Assembly (NCBI GenBank): GCA_964035545.1
Contig: OZ037768.1
Coordinates: 6,356,741 to 6,420,740 of the forward strand
DNA from: Bugula neritina
Lineage: Eukaryota; Animalia; Bryozoa
Reading direction: 5' to 3'
DNA length: 64,000 nt
How positions within the stretch are numbered: the first letter of the stretch is position 1; each line of letters begins with the position of its first letter. The notes beneath the pieces were generated by a model. The model worked only from the letters and a program-made list of their open reading frames with translations, was not told where the DNA came from and made no database searches. A program made the translations under genes and the position numbers. This document shows positions 37,801-47,995 of this stretch, in pieces.

Positions 37801-40800
37801 TGCACGGCTAGGTCGTCTGGGCATGATGATATAAATTGTTCAGTCGCCACCAGGTTGGCTATGTCCATACCCCCTGAAAGCTCCACCCACTTGTGCACAT
37901 AACTTTCTATCCTAGTGAACAGTTGGGCAGGAGTTTCATCCTCGTAAGCTTCTGCCTCTCTGAGCTTTTTTCTGTAGCCCTCTTGAGTCAAGTTAAAGCG
38001 CTCCAATAGGGCTTCTTTGACTTTTTTATAATCTCTACGATCGGTAGGTGACAACCGGATGTAAGCTTCTGTTGCCGTACCCCTTAGGTACTGACTGAGA
38101 TGGTAGGGCCAATCTCCCTTGTCCCAGTTACATCCTTCGGCAACCCACTCGAACCGCTCTAAATAGCTATCCATTTCATCCACCTTCTCATCAAAGAATG
38201 GTATTTTTGGTTTTGGTTTGTTAGTTATTTCTAACCTGGTGCTCTCATGTCTTGAGTGCTCCAAACTTGTGTCAGCTTTCAGCTTTTCCATATCTAATTC
38301 ATGTCGTTGTCTTCTCTCTTCTGCCTCCTGGTCAGCTTGAACCTTGAGTGCCATTGCCTCCTGATCAGCTTTAACCTTGAATGCCGTTGCCTCCTGATCA
38401 GCTTTTATCTTCATCGCCATTAGGGCTTTCTCATTTTCTTGCCTGATCTTTTCTGCCTCACGCTCTAATCTACGTTCCTCTCGGTCTTTTTCTTTTTCCT
38501 CTCGGTCCTTTTCTTTTTCTTCTTGTGCAGCAACAATAGGTAGGTTCTTTTCAACAAAAGCTACGAGCTTATCCTCCACCAATCCGAGGTCTTTACCCAT
38601 CTGTGTCACTCTCTCCAACAATGCCATAATGTCTCAACAACTGTTAATTAATCCTGTGTATACTCACGTTGTAACTAATAACTTCCCTGTGTGCGACTGA
38701 GACTTCCCGGAGCAGCCCCCAATTGTCACAAAACTGTTGATAGCAGTGTGACGAGTTCGAAAAGTCTGGTAGTCAGAAGTGTATAGACAAGTAGCATACA
38801 GCTTGCTAATCCAGTTGTGAGTAAATAGAGTTGTGAATATAAGTAGACTTTATTCCTTTAGTAAGATATGCACAGATGAATTAATAAAAATGAACTGATT
38901 CGTAAACACAACTGCCTCAGTATTTATAGTAAACAAAACACTCTAGAACATTCTCAAGCATTCCAGTATAGAAGATTCTAGTAGAAAACATTCTCCACAT
39001 GCCAATACTATTTATAGAAAATCAAAACAAAACAAAACATTGGAATTTCCATGGTTATTTCGCAATTATTGCGCAATACCTTGTTTACATTGCTGGGCAG
39101 TAGTTAACATGACTAACCAAAACAGTAACAATGAACAATGACCCATCTCTTTGATTAGTCTAGAATATTTATGAACATTCCTGTATAATCATTAGGAAAA
39201 ACCCGGTAAGTCTATTTATAGGTATATGTACACTCAGAATTTGTGACATTAATATAGAATAATACGATATTCTGTACATTCTAGAAAGTGGACTTATGAG
39301 AGCATCAGAGTGAAGGCTTATACCTACACCACTCTACTACCTATCAATCTAACACTTCTAATGTAGACACTCTGAATTTTGGCTTGCAAGGTTATGGCTT
39401 CTGCTTATTTCATTCATAAAAAGGTTTGCAGTCTTTTAATGATGTGCTTGAAAGTTTTCAACAATTTTTTTTTATTTAAATTGTTCTGTTTAATTCAATA
39501 AATTTAAATGTTGATAAAATGCAGAATGACAATTAACTGCTGCCATAATAGTACCACAAGAGTGTTTAACCAACTAAATTTTTATAATATAACTGCGTAT
39601 AATTTCTAATCAAGCTACCGTTTTCTTTTGTTATTTAAAAAAAGTCAACATTGTACTTGCAGCTCTGGAATAGACAATAGATGGGTAGATTGGCAGAATG
39701 GATGGCAAGTAGCAGCATCTATAATTGCTAGAAAATCAGCTGATGATATTGATGAAGCTTTTTGCCACATACATGATGTTATGTGTCCATACTCTGTAAA
39801 CTCATATTATGAAGACCAAGAAAGTAGAAAGATGAAAAGTGCCTTTTTTGCAAAAACCGTAGAAGCTACCTAATTTTCTTTTCTTGATTAGAGTTATTTC
39901 AAGCATAATGGTTGTATCCATGCTGGATTTGTTACTGCATTTAATTAGTTTTTTAAAATAATGTATTTGATGTTTTAAATGTGAATATAAATGCTTAATA
40001 AAACTCAAAAGTTCTAATCGCTGATTTTATGTTTATATTTTCAACATCAATTGCTAAATTTAGTTGCCGTTAGAGATTATAAAGATATTTATGAATGAAT
40101 CTCGAATGATCTCATAATAGTCAAATGATTTTCTCATAAGTGTTCTACTCATTAAGCAATAACTATAAAACAGCACAGCTCAATAGCTGCAGTTTGATAT
40201 ATTACACAATATATTAGAGGAGAGGAAGATATTCAATGTATAACAGGAAGCAGCTGCCATTTTGTTTTATATGACTTTCTGCTGACTTGGATGCCTAATT
40301 TAAATATCTCAACACACAAATTTGCTGAGACATCCTCTTCTTTGCTGGAATTGTTGAACCTTTCAATCATTAAAGAAATTAAAAAGCAAATTGACAATAA
40401 GTTCGACAGAAAGTTTGGCGGCCATATTTGACCTAATTTTATGTTGAGGCAGCATGAAATTTAGTTTAACAGAAAGCCCAAACTTTCACAATTATTTTGA
40501 TACCAAATTTGTCACTATTCCTATTATACAAAGACCCGTTGCTAAGGCTTGTAAATTGTAAACAAATAATTCTCAACTTATTCTAGAGTTGCCAACTTTA
40601 AACGCGATTTTCTCGAAACAGTAATTTAGAAATTCTAAAAACGTTAAAGTTTTTAAATACTGATATCTCGAGTTCTATTTATGCTAAAGACTTCAAATAA
40701 AGTGCAAAATGTTTGAAAAAGTCTGCTCTATCAATCCATAGTAATAACTGGGTTTTCAACATTTTATATACATCTCTTGTTTTGTGGTGCCAGGTCACAT

Positions 40801-42991
40801 TTATTACCAAGAGAAGACAATTCTGTTTTTTTAAATAATTTTTCAACAACTATAAAAATATTTTAGTAGCCTTTAAGAAAAATAATGCAAGCCATGCAAA
40901 TACAGAAAAAATTCTCTTTACATGCTCACCTTAAACATTTTAATATAATTTTTGCATTGAAAACTTCTAAATTTATTACTAGTACTAATCTAAATAAATT
41001 GGTGTTTTCTCATACTGATAATTTTTTTCTAAATTCAAAGAGTATTAATAGATAGCAAATTTAGAGATGACACAGATTATAACACACTATCTAGAGCTAA
41101 TATCTAGATATAAGGGAATGCTCTTAGTTACCTACCAATGCAGCATTGAAAAAACCACACGTGGACGAAGACCAAGCAAAACCGACTTCACCGGCAAGAT
41201 AGCCTGCAGCTGTTGGACCGAGGAAAGCCCCAAGTGAAAACGATGAGTTGAAAAATCCAGAAACTAAACCATAAGTTTGAAGATTGTCTTCAAATTCATG
41301 ATACCTACAGAAACACGAGCAGTAATTATGAAGTAGAAAAGTTCGTAAAAATAGCCCTAGCACTCTAGCACCTGCATAAAAATATTGTGACAACTACATA
41401 ACCTGAAGCAGAAAATAAAATTGATTATAACTGAAAAACAACCATTATTTTTTAAATACGGTAATAATGAAGATCAGTATGATTGGAAATCTGTCTTTTT
41501 GCATTGACAATGTCACTGCATAAAGCCAGAAAAAAATTAGCAAAAAAATAGTAAAAATATTGCATTATCTCTAGCAATATTTCACAATCCTAATTACCAT
41601 AACAGGAAAGGATTCGGTTTCATCATCAGTTGTAAGAGCAGGGATAAAAATAAATATGTTGTTTGAGTAATGCCTGCATGTATCTGTAAATCAATAAATC
41701 ATATAACTGAAAGGTCAGGATTTTTAGCTTTAAAAAACCAGAAAACACTTTGTACAAACCTGGCAAGGTTAATGATTATTGGAAAGACTGGAATAATAAC
41801 CGATCCAACAGCTAGGCCTAAGATAACACTTGCAATGATGATTTCTACCACTCTGAAAAAAGCAAAAATATGTTGACATGATTCTTAGCTAGAAGAGGTA
41901 ATTGAAACAATTTATTAATTTGAATAATTTTGCTCTCTGTGCAACTATTTGAACAAATGAGTGAAAAATAAAAAGCAGCATTAAACCTGTGACCTTCAAT
42001 TCAGCATTTAGTAGAATTAAAAGATTGGTTACTTACGTATTTGGAATGATTGCTGACAATAGCGGGTTGGGTCCAAGGAGAAAGAAGGCAATAGCAGTAA
42101 GAAACAAGCCACCAACAACGAGAGAGCCAAGGTAACCCTACAGGTATAAATATCACCAGATGTCACTATGTCACAGTTTAAGTCCTACTAGCCTAGCACA
42201 GTGGGCAGCAAAAATAGTAGTCGTTTATAGTACGTAGTAGCCTTTTCATCATTAGGACAACACAACACAAATGTTTTATTCTAACAACTTGAGTGTATTT
42301 TAGAATAATATTGACTATCAACTAAAATTAACATTTATTACCTTATTAGCATTGAAGATGCAATTATAGTATAATATAATTCTAATGTAAAGCATGTAAC
42401 ACTGATCAGTGTTTTACAGTATTAAAGCTATAGAAAACATAAGATATTTCTGAAATATTTATATTTTCCACATCTACAACTTTAACAACAGCTGTTACAC
42501 ACAAATGTTTAGTAGAATATCATAACTCTAGTTTGTAGTATGATTCACTAAATAAAACCATACCTTGTCGCAGATATAGCCAGACACAGGAGCTGTGAGA
42601 GCGTACACCCCGGGGCCAACCATGCAAAGGAAACCAATTTGTTCTATAGTTACCCATGGGAACTAGAAATATACATAAAGTATGAGTAGACAAGGAAACA
42701 GCCCATGTTTTGATTCTCTTTGTACTGCTAAATGTTTTAGATTTACAACTAACTAAACAACATGCATTGAAAGAGGTAGGTGCAGAATTGCAACATTTTT
42801 TATATTTTTTTTTGTCCGAACCAATAGCATATTATAAAAGCAATCATTTTTTCAAATCATAAGACCAACACCACAAGTTATAAGCCCAAGCTAAAGTTTA
42901 CATGTTTTCACCTGGCAGCATTGAAAAGGTAGAATAATGTATATATATATATTATATATATATTATATATATATATTATATATATATTATA

Positions 42992-43083
<92 letters not shown>

Positions 43084-46000
43084 TAAAGAATAAACTCCAC
43101 TGTAAATTGAGTAATGCTAAATGTATCTATGGGATTTCTATTATTAATAATATTTAAAAAACTATAAAAGAGCGTAGCTGATTGATTGATCAAGACTGAG
43201 AGCCTTTAGGCACATTGAGAGAGTCTAAACCCTACAGGAAGTAAAATAGATTGATGAAGTACTAGATTGTGCTGAGATCAATAATATCACCTAGCTAAAT
43301 GGCTTATGCACATCATCATGGCTTGTGCAAAAATTGTAACAAGTGCGTAACAGCAAGGAAAAATGAAAAACTCATACCAGCAGCATACCAGCATGGAAAA
43401 TATGACAGCAGAAGATACTTGAGTAAAGTAGTAGAATGCAAAAGAAGATATTAGAATGACTCGTTGAGAAGAAGGTTTGAAGGAAAGTATAGGATAAAGA
43501 ACAAAGGGTATGATGTGGTGATTGAAGAACTGAAGCAAAATCTGAGTGCTTTAAGCTAGAAGATAGACATACAGAAAGAGTGGACCAGTAGAATCAGAAC
43601 AACATGTTGAAAAATAATGAAAATCGCTTCTACCAAGAATTGTGAAGAAATGAAAACGCATCTAAAAAGGCACCAGACAAAGAAGAGTCAAAGTGTTCTG
43701 GCAAGAAATATGGAGCTAGCCAACTAAACAGAACACCAATGCAGAATGGCTAAATATAGAGTAAATACCGAACTGGAGCACACAGACAAGAAAACTTGAG
43801 TATTACATGGCTGATGTGAAGAAGCCGGTAATGACCAGGACCAGATTGAGTTCAAGGATTCTGAAAAAGCTGCATATTATGCTGATGGCTAATTGCTATC
43901 TGCATGAGTGTTTGGAAGATGAAGATGACCCTGAATGGGAAAACAGACCCAGATAAAAGGAGACAGGCTGAAAATTAATGACCCATTACATGATTACCAC
44001 TTATGTGGAAAACATGACAGGCGCATAGCTGACAAGCTGCATGTAGTTATCCCCATTTTAATTAGAGCCCTTGGGGCTACATACAAGACCACATATTGTA
44101 CGGAGCTACTTAGAGGAGCTGAGAACAAAATACACTGATTCAACAGACAGCTTTACAATGATCAGCTCACGTCTTGAGGAAAGTTTTATACAACCCAGCC
44201 TAGGCTGATGGCAGAGGATTGCACAACCAGTAATAATAAAGTACTAGAAATAAACGTAATTATAGCCTTTTGATATACACAAATAAAGCAAATTACTTAC
44301 AAATTTTTGAATAAATGGACTGAAAGTAGGATCAAGGTAACTCAATGATGCCCCACAACAGCTGATGATTATATATACAATAACGCATCCAGGTATTTTG
44401 AATAGTGACAAGATGCTGCCTGACACCTTCGGAACAGCTTCTACAAGGTACAAGTTGAACTAATTTAGGTGAAATAAAATACAATATAACAAAGGTAACT
44501 TTATATACTAAGCCAATTAAGAAGCATTCAGATTATCTTATACTATTAGAAAGGTTGAGACTGATTCTAAATTCTACTAACATACTTGACAAGGTGAAGA
44601 GAAAAATCTCAAGCCATATTTCCATCTTGTATAATTCACTCTAATTACGCCTTTCTTCTCTATATCACTGAATTTATTTATTCGATACATGTATCTTTAT
44701 GCCAAGTCAATAAGGGAATCTGAAGACTTTCAATGATTGAAGAATCACTATAATTCGCTACATAAAGTAGCTAGTTATTAACCTTACCAATTTTTGGAAG
44801 GATGCAGAAACTAATAATAGTTGCAAGCCATACAACTCCACCCATCACAGCAAATGGAACTAAAAAGCCACCAGCCTACAAAGTATAGAAGCTAAAATCA
44901 TCTATCTTACAAGTGAGGAACACTGCTGAAAATTTACAATGAGTAGAAATAGATCTGAAGGCACAAAATTAGCAAAGAATACTAATTATATGATGTGTAA
45001 ACCTACCTCATAAAGTACACCACCCACAGCAGGTCCAATTACCATGCCTAATCCACCAAATATTTCCAGAATTCCCTTTAAGAGAAAATAAAGCTATGAG
45101 TATCGGAAAGAGAGTGGAAGGAATGTTGCCTTTTGAGAAGTATGAGTGGATTTAAAATTTTGACCGGTTTTCTGATTAAGCAGAGGCATAAATATGCAGG
45201 CTAAGATGCTATTTCAGACAGATTTGTAACACTAGTACATTAAATTGTTAGCCTAAATTAGGTTCTTATACTTCAAAGTGACAGTGTGATTAAAAATTGG
45301 GAATATCTCCATTACTCCATTCTCTACGCACCAGTAACGCTAATTTTCAATGATTTCTACAAATGCATAACATAAATTTTTGCTTTTGCAACAGAAATAA
45401 AAATGTAGTGTGGCGCATGTCTATTGCAAACTGTAATACTGTTGCTAGGAATTCTGAAGTCCCTGTGGTGCAATAGTTAGCGCACCTGCTTGCAAGCAGG
45501 AAGTCTGGGGTTGAATCCCAGTGTGGGCAAAAGTTTCACAAATATATAGAGACAAATGTAATAAACTATATGCTAAATGTTATCCTGCAATATAATAAAT
45601 AATGAATTCAGATTTTTAGCTACTAATATCAGCTATATAACAGGAATGAGGTAAATGGTAATGTAGCATAGAACTGCGAAGGCCAATACCATAGCAAGAA
45701 ATTCAGTTTGGAAAACATTCAAGCTTAATAAGAAGGCCAAGGGATAAGGTGCAGTTTAGGTATTTGTAAATATAATTCGTTTTGTGGTAAACTTACAATA
45801 GCTTTGCCAACATTGTCTGGAAATGTAGACGCCATGATAGCAAAGGAAGCAGTGGCTAACATGGCGCATCCATTAGCTTCAACTGTTCGACAGATGAAGC
45901 ACATTACTATGTAGACCACGCCATCTGGACATCGGTCTAAAAACCTGCAATGTTAAACATACTTAGCTAAGACATGAAGAAAAAAAATCATCATTTAGCA

Positions 46001-47995
46001 TTCAATTCAGAACTGTTTTTGTCTAGAGCAAAACTTTTCTGAAGTTAACCAAGAACAGGCCTAAAAAGTTGCCACTTCAAGCAAAAAAACTAAGGCTGTA
46101 AAAGCACATTTACATGAAAACATATTTTTCAATTTAAGGCAAAAGTGGGTAGCATATTAGTATAATATCTTCTTGGCACTCTCTATTATATTCTAATTTG
46201 TGAGTAATATTTGTATTGCTTGTAAATAGGTGTATTTTGAACTTTCTATGTTTAATTTACTCTGTTTGACATATAACATTTGTTCACGGCTACTTATAGT
46301 CCTGATAGTCTTATGCAAGTTTCGCTGTTTGCTAAAACAAGTATATAATTTTTGGCAAGCAGTCCTCTACTACTACACAAAATAAGAAGCTTAGCAATTA
46401 TGACATTTGTTGAGTGTTGAAGGATGCCACAGCAGCAGAATAATTATGCTCATTCACTCATCAACCATTACAAGTGGCTGAAATTACATTTTACTATTGC
46501 AGAAGTTAGTGGCCTACATGCATGATAAAAACATCAAGCCTGAGTATTGGCAGCAAATGAGTTTAGCAATCACTTTACTGAGTCAATTTTTTCTTTTATT
46601 GCTTTACGAAAGTATGAAACACAGGCTATAGAAAGGCTAATATATTTTGTTTTACTTTTACTACACAAAAAGAAAATTTAAAGCAATTTTTCAATTAATT
46701 AAAAATATTCAAAATTTAAATTCTGAAAATAATTAAAAAGCCACATTTAAAATACGAGTAGATTAACTAGGGTCCAGTTGAACTGTGTAAAATTTTCGTG
46801 CTGAACATTTTGAAGCATGGGTTAGTGAATTAAGTCCAACTGTCAGCTATCAACCACATTTAACAATTTAACATTTTAATCTGATGATGACTGCCGTTCA
46901 AATCATAATGAATAACAGAAAATACTCTGTCAATACAAAATAATGTAAGAGAGCTTTTCAAAAATATGACTATGAATGTAAGTAAAGTATTAGTAGTAAA
47001 GTAAGCCAATAGACAGCATTTTACCCAAAGGCTAAGCTACATCCTCCAAGAAGAAATGAACCAGACAGAAACATATATCTAGCTCCAATCTCTTGAATCT
47101 AAAATGTTGAAAAGATCTACCAAATATGGTCTTGCGGGCACACAAAAGATGTTGTTGACTTTGAAGGAGCCAAAATACCTTGAGCAAGCAAATGTGACAA
47201 GTGAACTGACAACCATGCCTGGTAAGTTAGATAATGATAAATTAAGTCTAAAAATTAATTTAATTTATGAAAGGTTTCGTTTGTGTCCAATAAAATTATG
47301 TTAATATTGTTGATGAAAATTTTTCTGCAAAATTTAAGTTTGCTTTTTAGATTTAATAAGTATAGCTTTTTGTTTAATGCTGTTTACTTGTTATATACTG
47401 CTTACCCAGCTATTGATAAAAAGAAAAAATATTAAAGTTGATAAAAGTGAAACTAATAAAATAACACACTATAAAGCCAAAAGCGATGATATACACATTG
47501 AAGTATCAGACTACAACATCTTAACACTTACAAAAGAGCCATAAATAGGAGAGGTTATGAATATAACTAGTTCAAAGACTCCAAAAACTAGCCCAACTAC
47601 GACACTACTAGCTCCCTTCTTGGCAGCTTCACTAGGGTAGAATGGAGATATTATGCCAAATGAGATTGCTTGAGCCAAATACATCAGAGAAAGAGTAATA
47701 GCTGTCAATATTTGTTTTTTAGTCCATCCATTTTTAGTATCTTCATCACGGCTAACTAAAACACATAATAGGCTTTAATAAATTTGTTTATACTAAATGA
47801 GCAGAGACAAGATAATGCAAAGATTAAAACTGATAAGTTTAACTAAAGGTCATATTTTTACCTAGCTGAAAAGATATATGGTTGAACATAATTCATCTGA
47901 TAAGTTAATAAACTGATTCTACCTAATAACCCTTCAGATCTACTTGAAGAACTTGAGTCCTGAATCTGATCCACATCTTTGTTTATTGCTTCCAT
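31808..47995 (-). CDS. SLC18B1: MFS-type transporter SLC18B1-like, paralogue B, 12 coding exons
   Basis: Approximate exons 47923-47995 (MEAINKDVDQ...), 47532-47755, 47025-47098, 45797-45944, 45008-45076, 44788-44875, 44301-44441, 42563-42663, 42037-42137, 41760-41852, 41136-41304, 31808-31951 (GLTMLIYVLTMKSQGKWP...KLYGSINA*). Intron positions match paralogue A; the last intron is expanded to ~9.2 kb by transposons. Confidence 0.92.
33581..34099 (-). repeat. 3' LTR (519 bp)
   Basis: Direct repeat of 38724-39248; preceded on minus by the polypurine tract. Confidence 0.97.
34100..34111 (-). other. Polypurine tract
   Basis: AGAATGGGGGGT directly abutting the TG of the 3' LTR on minus. Confidence 0.85.
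34146..38627 (-). CDS. Gag-Pol polyprotein, 1493 aa: coiled coil, SCAN-like capsid, two CCHC knuckles, protease, integrase, RT, RNase H
   Basis: CFICKDKSHIARNC and CSHCKMNNHNTSDC knuckles; RDTGCG protease; HDCIMSGH...CQSCDIC, DLIGP, SDQG, NGLVE and WQGPF integrase motifs; LDLSKGYWQI, MPFG and YIDD RT motifs; TDAS...TDH...ADYLSR RNase H. Confidence 0.98.
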   Translation of the reverse strand: MALLERVTQMGKDLGLVEDKLVAFVEKNLPIVAAQEEKEKDREEKEKDREERRLEREAEKIRQENEKALMAMKIKADQEATAFKVKADQEAMALKVQADQEAEERRQRHELDMEKLKADTSLEHSRHESTRLEITNKPKPKIPFFDEKVDEMDSYLERFEWVAEGCNWDKGDWPYHLSQYLRGTATEAYIRLSPTDRRDYKKVKEALLERFNLTQEGYRKKLREAEAYEDETPAQLFTRIESYVHKWVELSGGMDIANLVATEQFISSCPDDLAVHLKQSSYNSSEDMCDAASLFLHARGRKLAKTKKTNTKRMENTPAGSMNAEQGSKSDGACFICKDKSHIARNCPRRGKKYCSHCKMNNHNTSDCKKYGGRSVHAAAAIATTQNKTGVTDPGISSKVEEPTEITVNGKKFVNAAVCKNGPKFKDGGTAIFDAEVNGQRATVMRDTGCGCIVVNAKYVQPQHLTGESVYLNMADASVREAQWALISVRSPFYNGVVKAAVMDKTICDLLIGNVDGARSADQPLENWKDCAVTTRAQAVKEKSGDKPLKIDSNTNPLSIGKDEIARLQRDDPTLERFFDAKEVKEKKGCTTRFVVRNKILYREYTDSKSASVKPVKQLMVPSSLRKEVLQKAHDCIMSGHLGVKKTTDRVLSNFFWPGLNGDVVRFCQSCDICQKTVKKGSVMKVSVQETPLIDTPFKRCAIDLIGPINPPSEKGHRYILTLVDYATRYPEATPLKNIDSATVAEALLDIYSRVGIPEEVISDQGTQFISDYMKEFTRLLDMRQLPTSPYHAMANGLVEKFNGTLKSMLKKLCAKEPRQWHRFINAALFAYREVPQESTGFAPFELLYGRTVRGPMYILRQLWTKEDTADEVKTCYQHVFELRERLDDMMEMALASLKDSQKRYKHYFDKKAKQRDFRPGDKVLILLPTDGNKLLMHWQGPFNIEEKVRLNDYIINIRGKRRTYHANMLKKYFERETPTDPMTVGAVMTLDAAGTGIIDHDVEREEGQDDLLDLYSKKQQTETTKDVILGEELENQQRRQLEELLRKFEGIFSDLPGNATGIEHSIELTTDEPVKSKPYGLPYRVRETLKADIEDMLKMGVIRPSTSPYASPTVIVKKPDGSNRICIDYRKLNRVSVFDPEPMVKTDDVFRKLSKDKYFTKLDLSKGYWQIPVKKEDIPKTAFVTPDGHYEFIKMPFGMVNSGATLVRGLRKLFVNLKGVDNYIDDILVHTESWEEHVKMLTEVFSRLATAGLTVRPSKCRVGGTNMEFIGHKLYRGEIKPMDDNIEKIRAAPRPTNKTQVRSFIGLTSYYREYIPHYSTIASPLTDLTKKGEPKKVKWQEPQEKAYTSLKTMLTSAPILKLPDVHKPFVLRTDASDVGLGAVLMQPQDGKLFPVSYASRKLLDRERNYSAIEKECLAVIWAIKKYLQYLYGVEFVLQTDHQPLVYINQAKFENSRVMRWAMYLQNFRIKVESIKGKDNVGADYLSRIDSEF
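38704..38721 (-). other. Primer-binding site, tRNA-Pro-like
   Basis: TGGGGGCTGCTCCGGGAA two bases after the 5' LTR; 15/18 identical to the canonical tRNA-Pro PBS TGGGGGCTCGTCCGGGAT. Confidence 0.85.
38724..39248 (-). repeat. 5' LTR (525 bp) with TATA, initiator and polyA signal
   Basis: On minus: TATAAATA 38928-38921, TCAGTT initiator 38898-38893 about 30 bp downstream, AATAAA 38854-38849. Confidence 0.95.
42940..43080. repeat. (TA)n microsatellite, ~140 bp, interrupted near its 5' end
   Basis: Read directly. Confidence 0.97.
43190..44239 (+). mobile_element. Decayed, internally deleted R4/Dong-like (RLE clade) non-LTR retrotransposon
   Basis: Broken frames give KYRIKNKGYDVVIEELKQNLSALS, QNNMLKNNENRFYQEL, APDKEESK-FWQEIWS, NAEWL, *PIT*LPLMWK, then VVIPILIRALG...IQQTAL..SAHVLRKVL and a TAATAATAA tail at 44231-44239. 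The 5' boundary is approximate. Confidence 0.8.
45459..45529 (+). pseudogene. tRNA-like sequence (tRNA-derived SINE head or tRNA pseudogene)
   Basis: A-box-like TGGTGCAATAG, anticodon arm CCTGC-TTGCAA-GCAGG with a 6-nt loop, T arm CTGGG-GTTGAAT-CCCAG, weak acceptor stem. Confidence 0.65.

Larger units (their letters stand above)
33581..39248 (-). mobile_element. Full-length Gmr1-type Ty3/Gypsy LTR retrotransposon (5668 bp)
   Basis: Two LTRs with TGTCACAAA...TTTGTGACA termini, TTAAT TSD (33576-33580 and 39249-39253), PBS, PPT and a single intact gag-pol ORF. Confidence 0.97.
32154..40801. mobile_element. Non-autonomous or decayed TIR DNA transposon (~3.0 kb without the nested LTR element); superfamily not assigned
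   Basis: Imperfect TIRs TGTGACCAGTCGCGACAAAACCGGGGATGT (32156) and reverse complement TGTGACCTGGCACCACAAAACAAGAGATGT (ends 40799). Second inverted subterminal motif AAAAT.GC.TTTAAAGTTGG.AACT at ~32345 and ~40587-40612. TSD not resolved. Confidence 0.7.

Noticed and set aside
39628-39873. 81-aa ORF as an intact transposase or captured gene
   Set aside because: Too short, non-ATG start and no recognisable catalytic motif; kept only as a possible remnant
45459-45529. Functional tRNA-Ala or bacterial contamination
   Set aside because: 6-nt anticodon loop, non-canonical T loop and poor acceptor stem; embedded in a normal host intron
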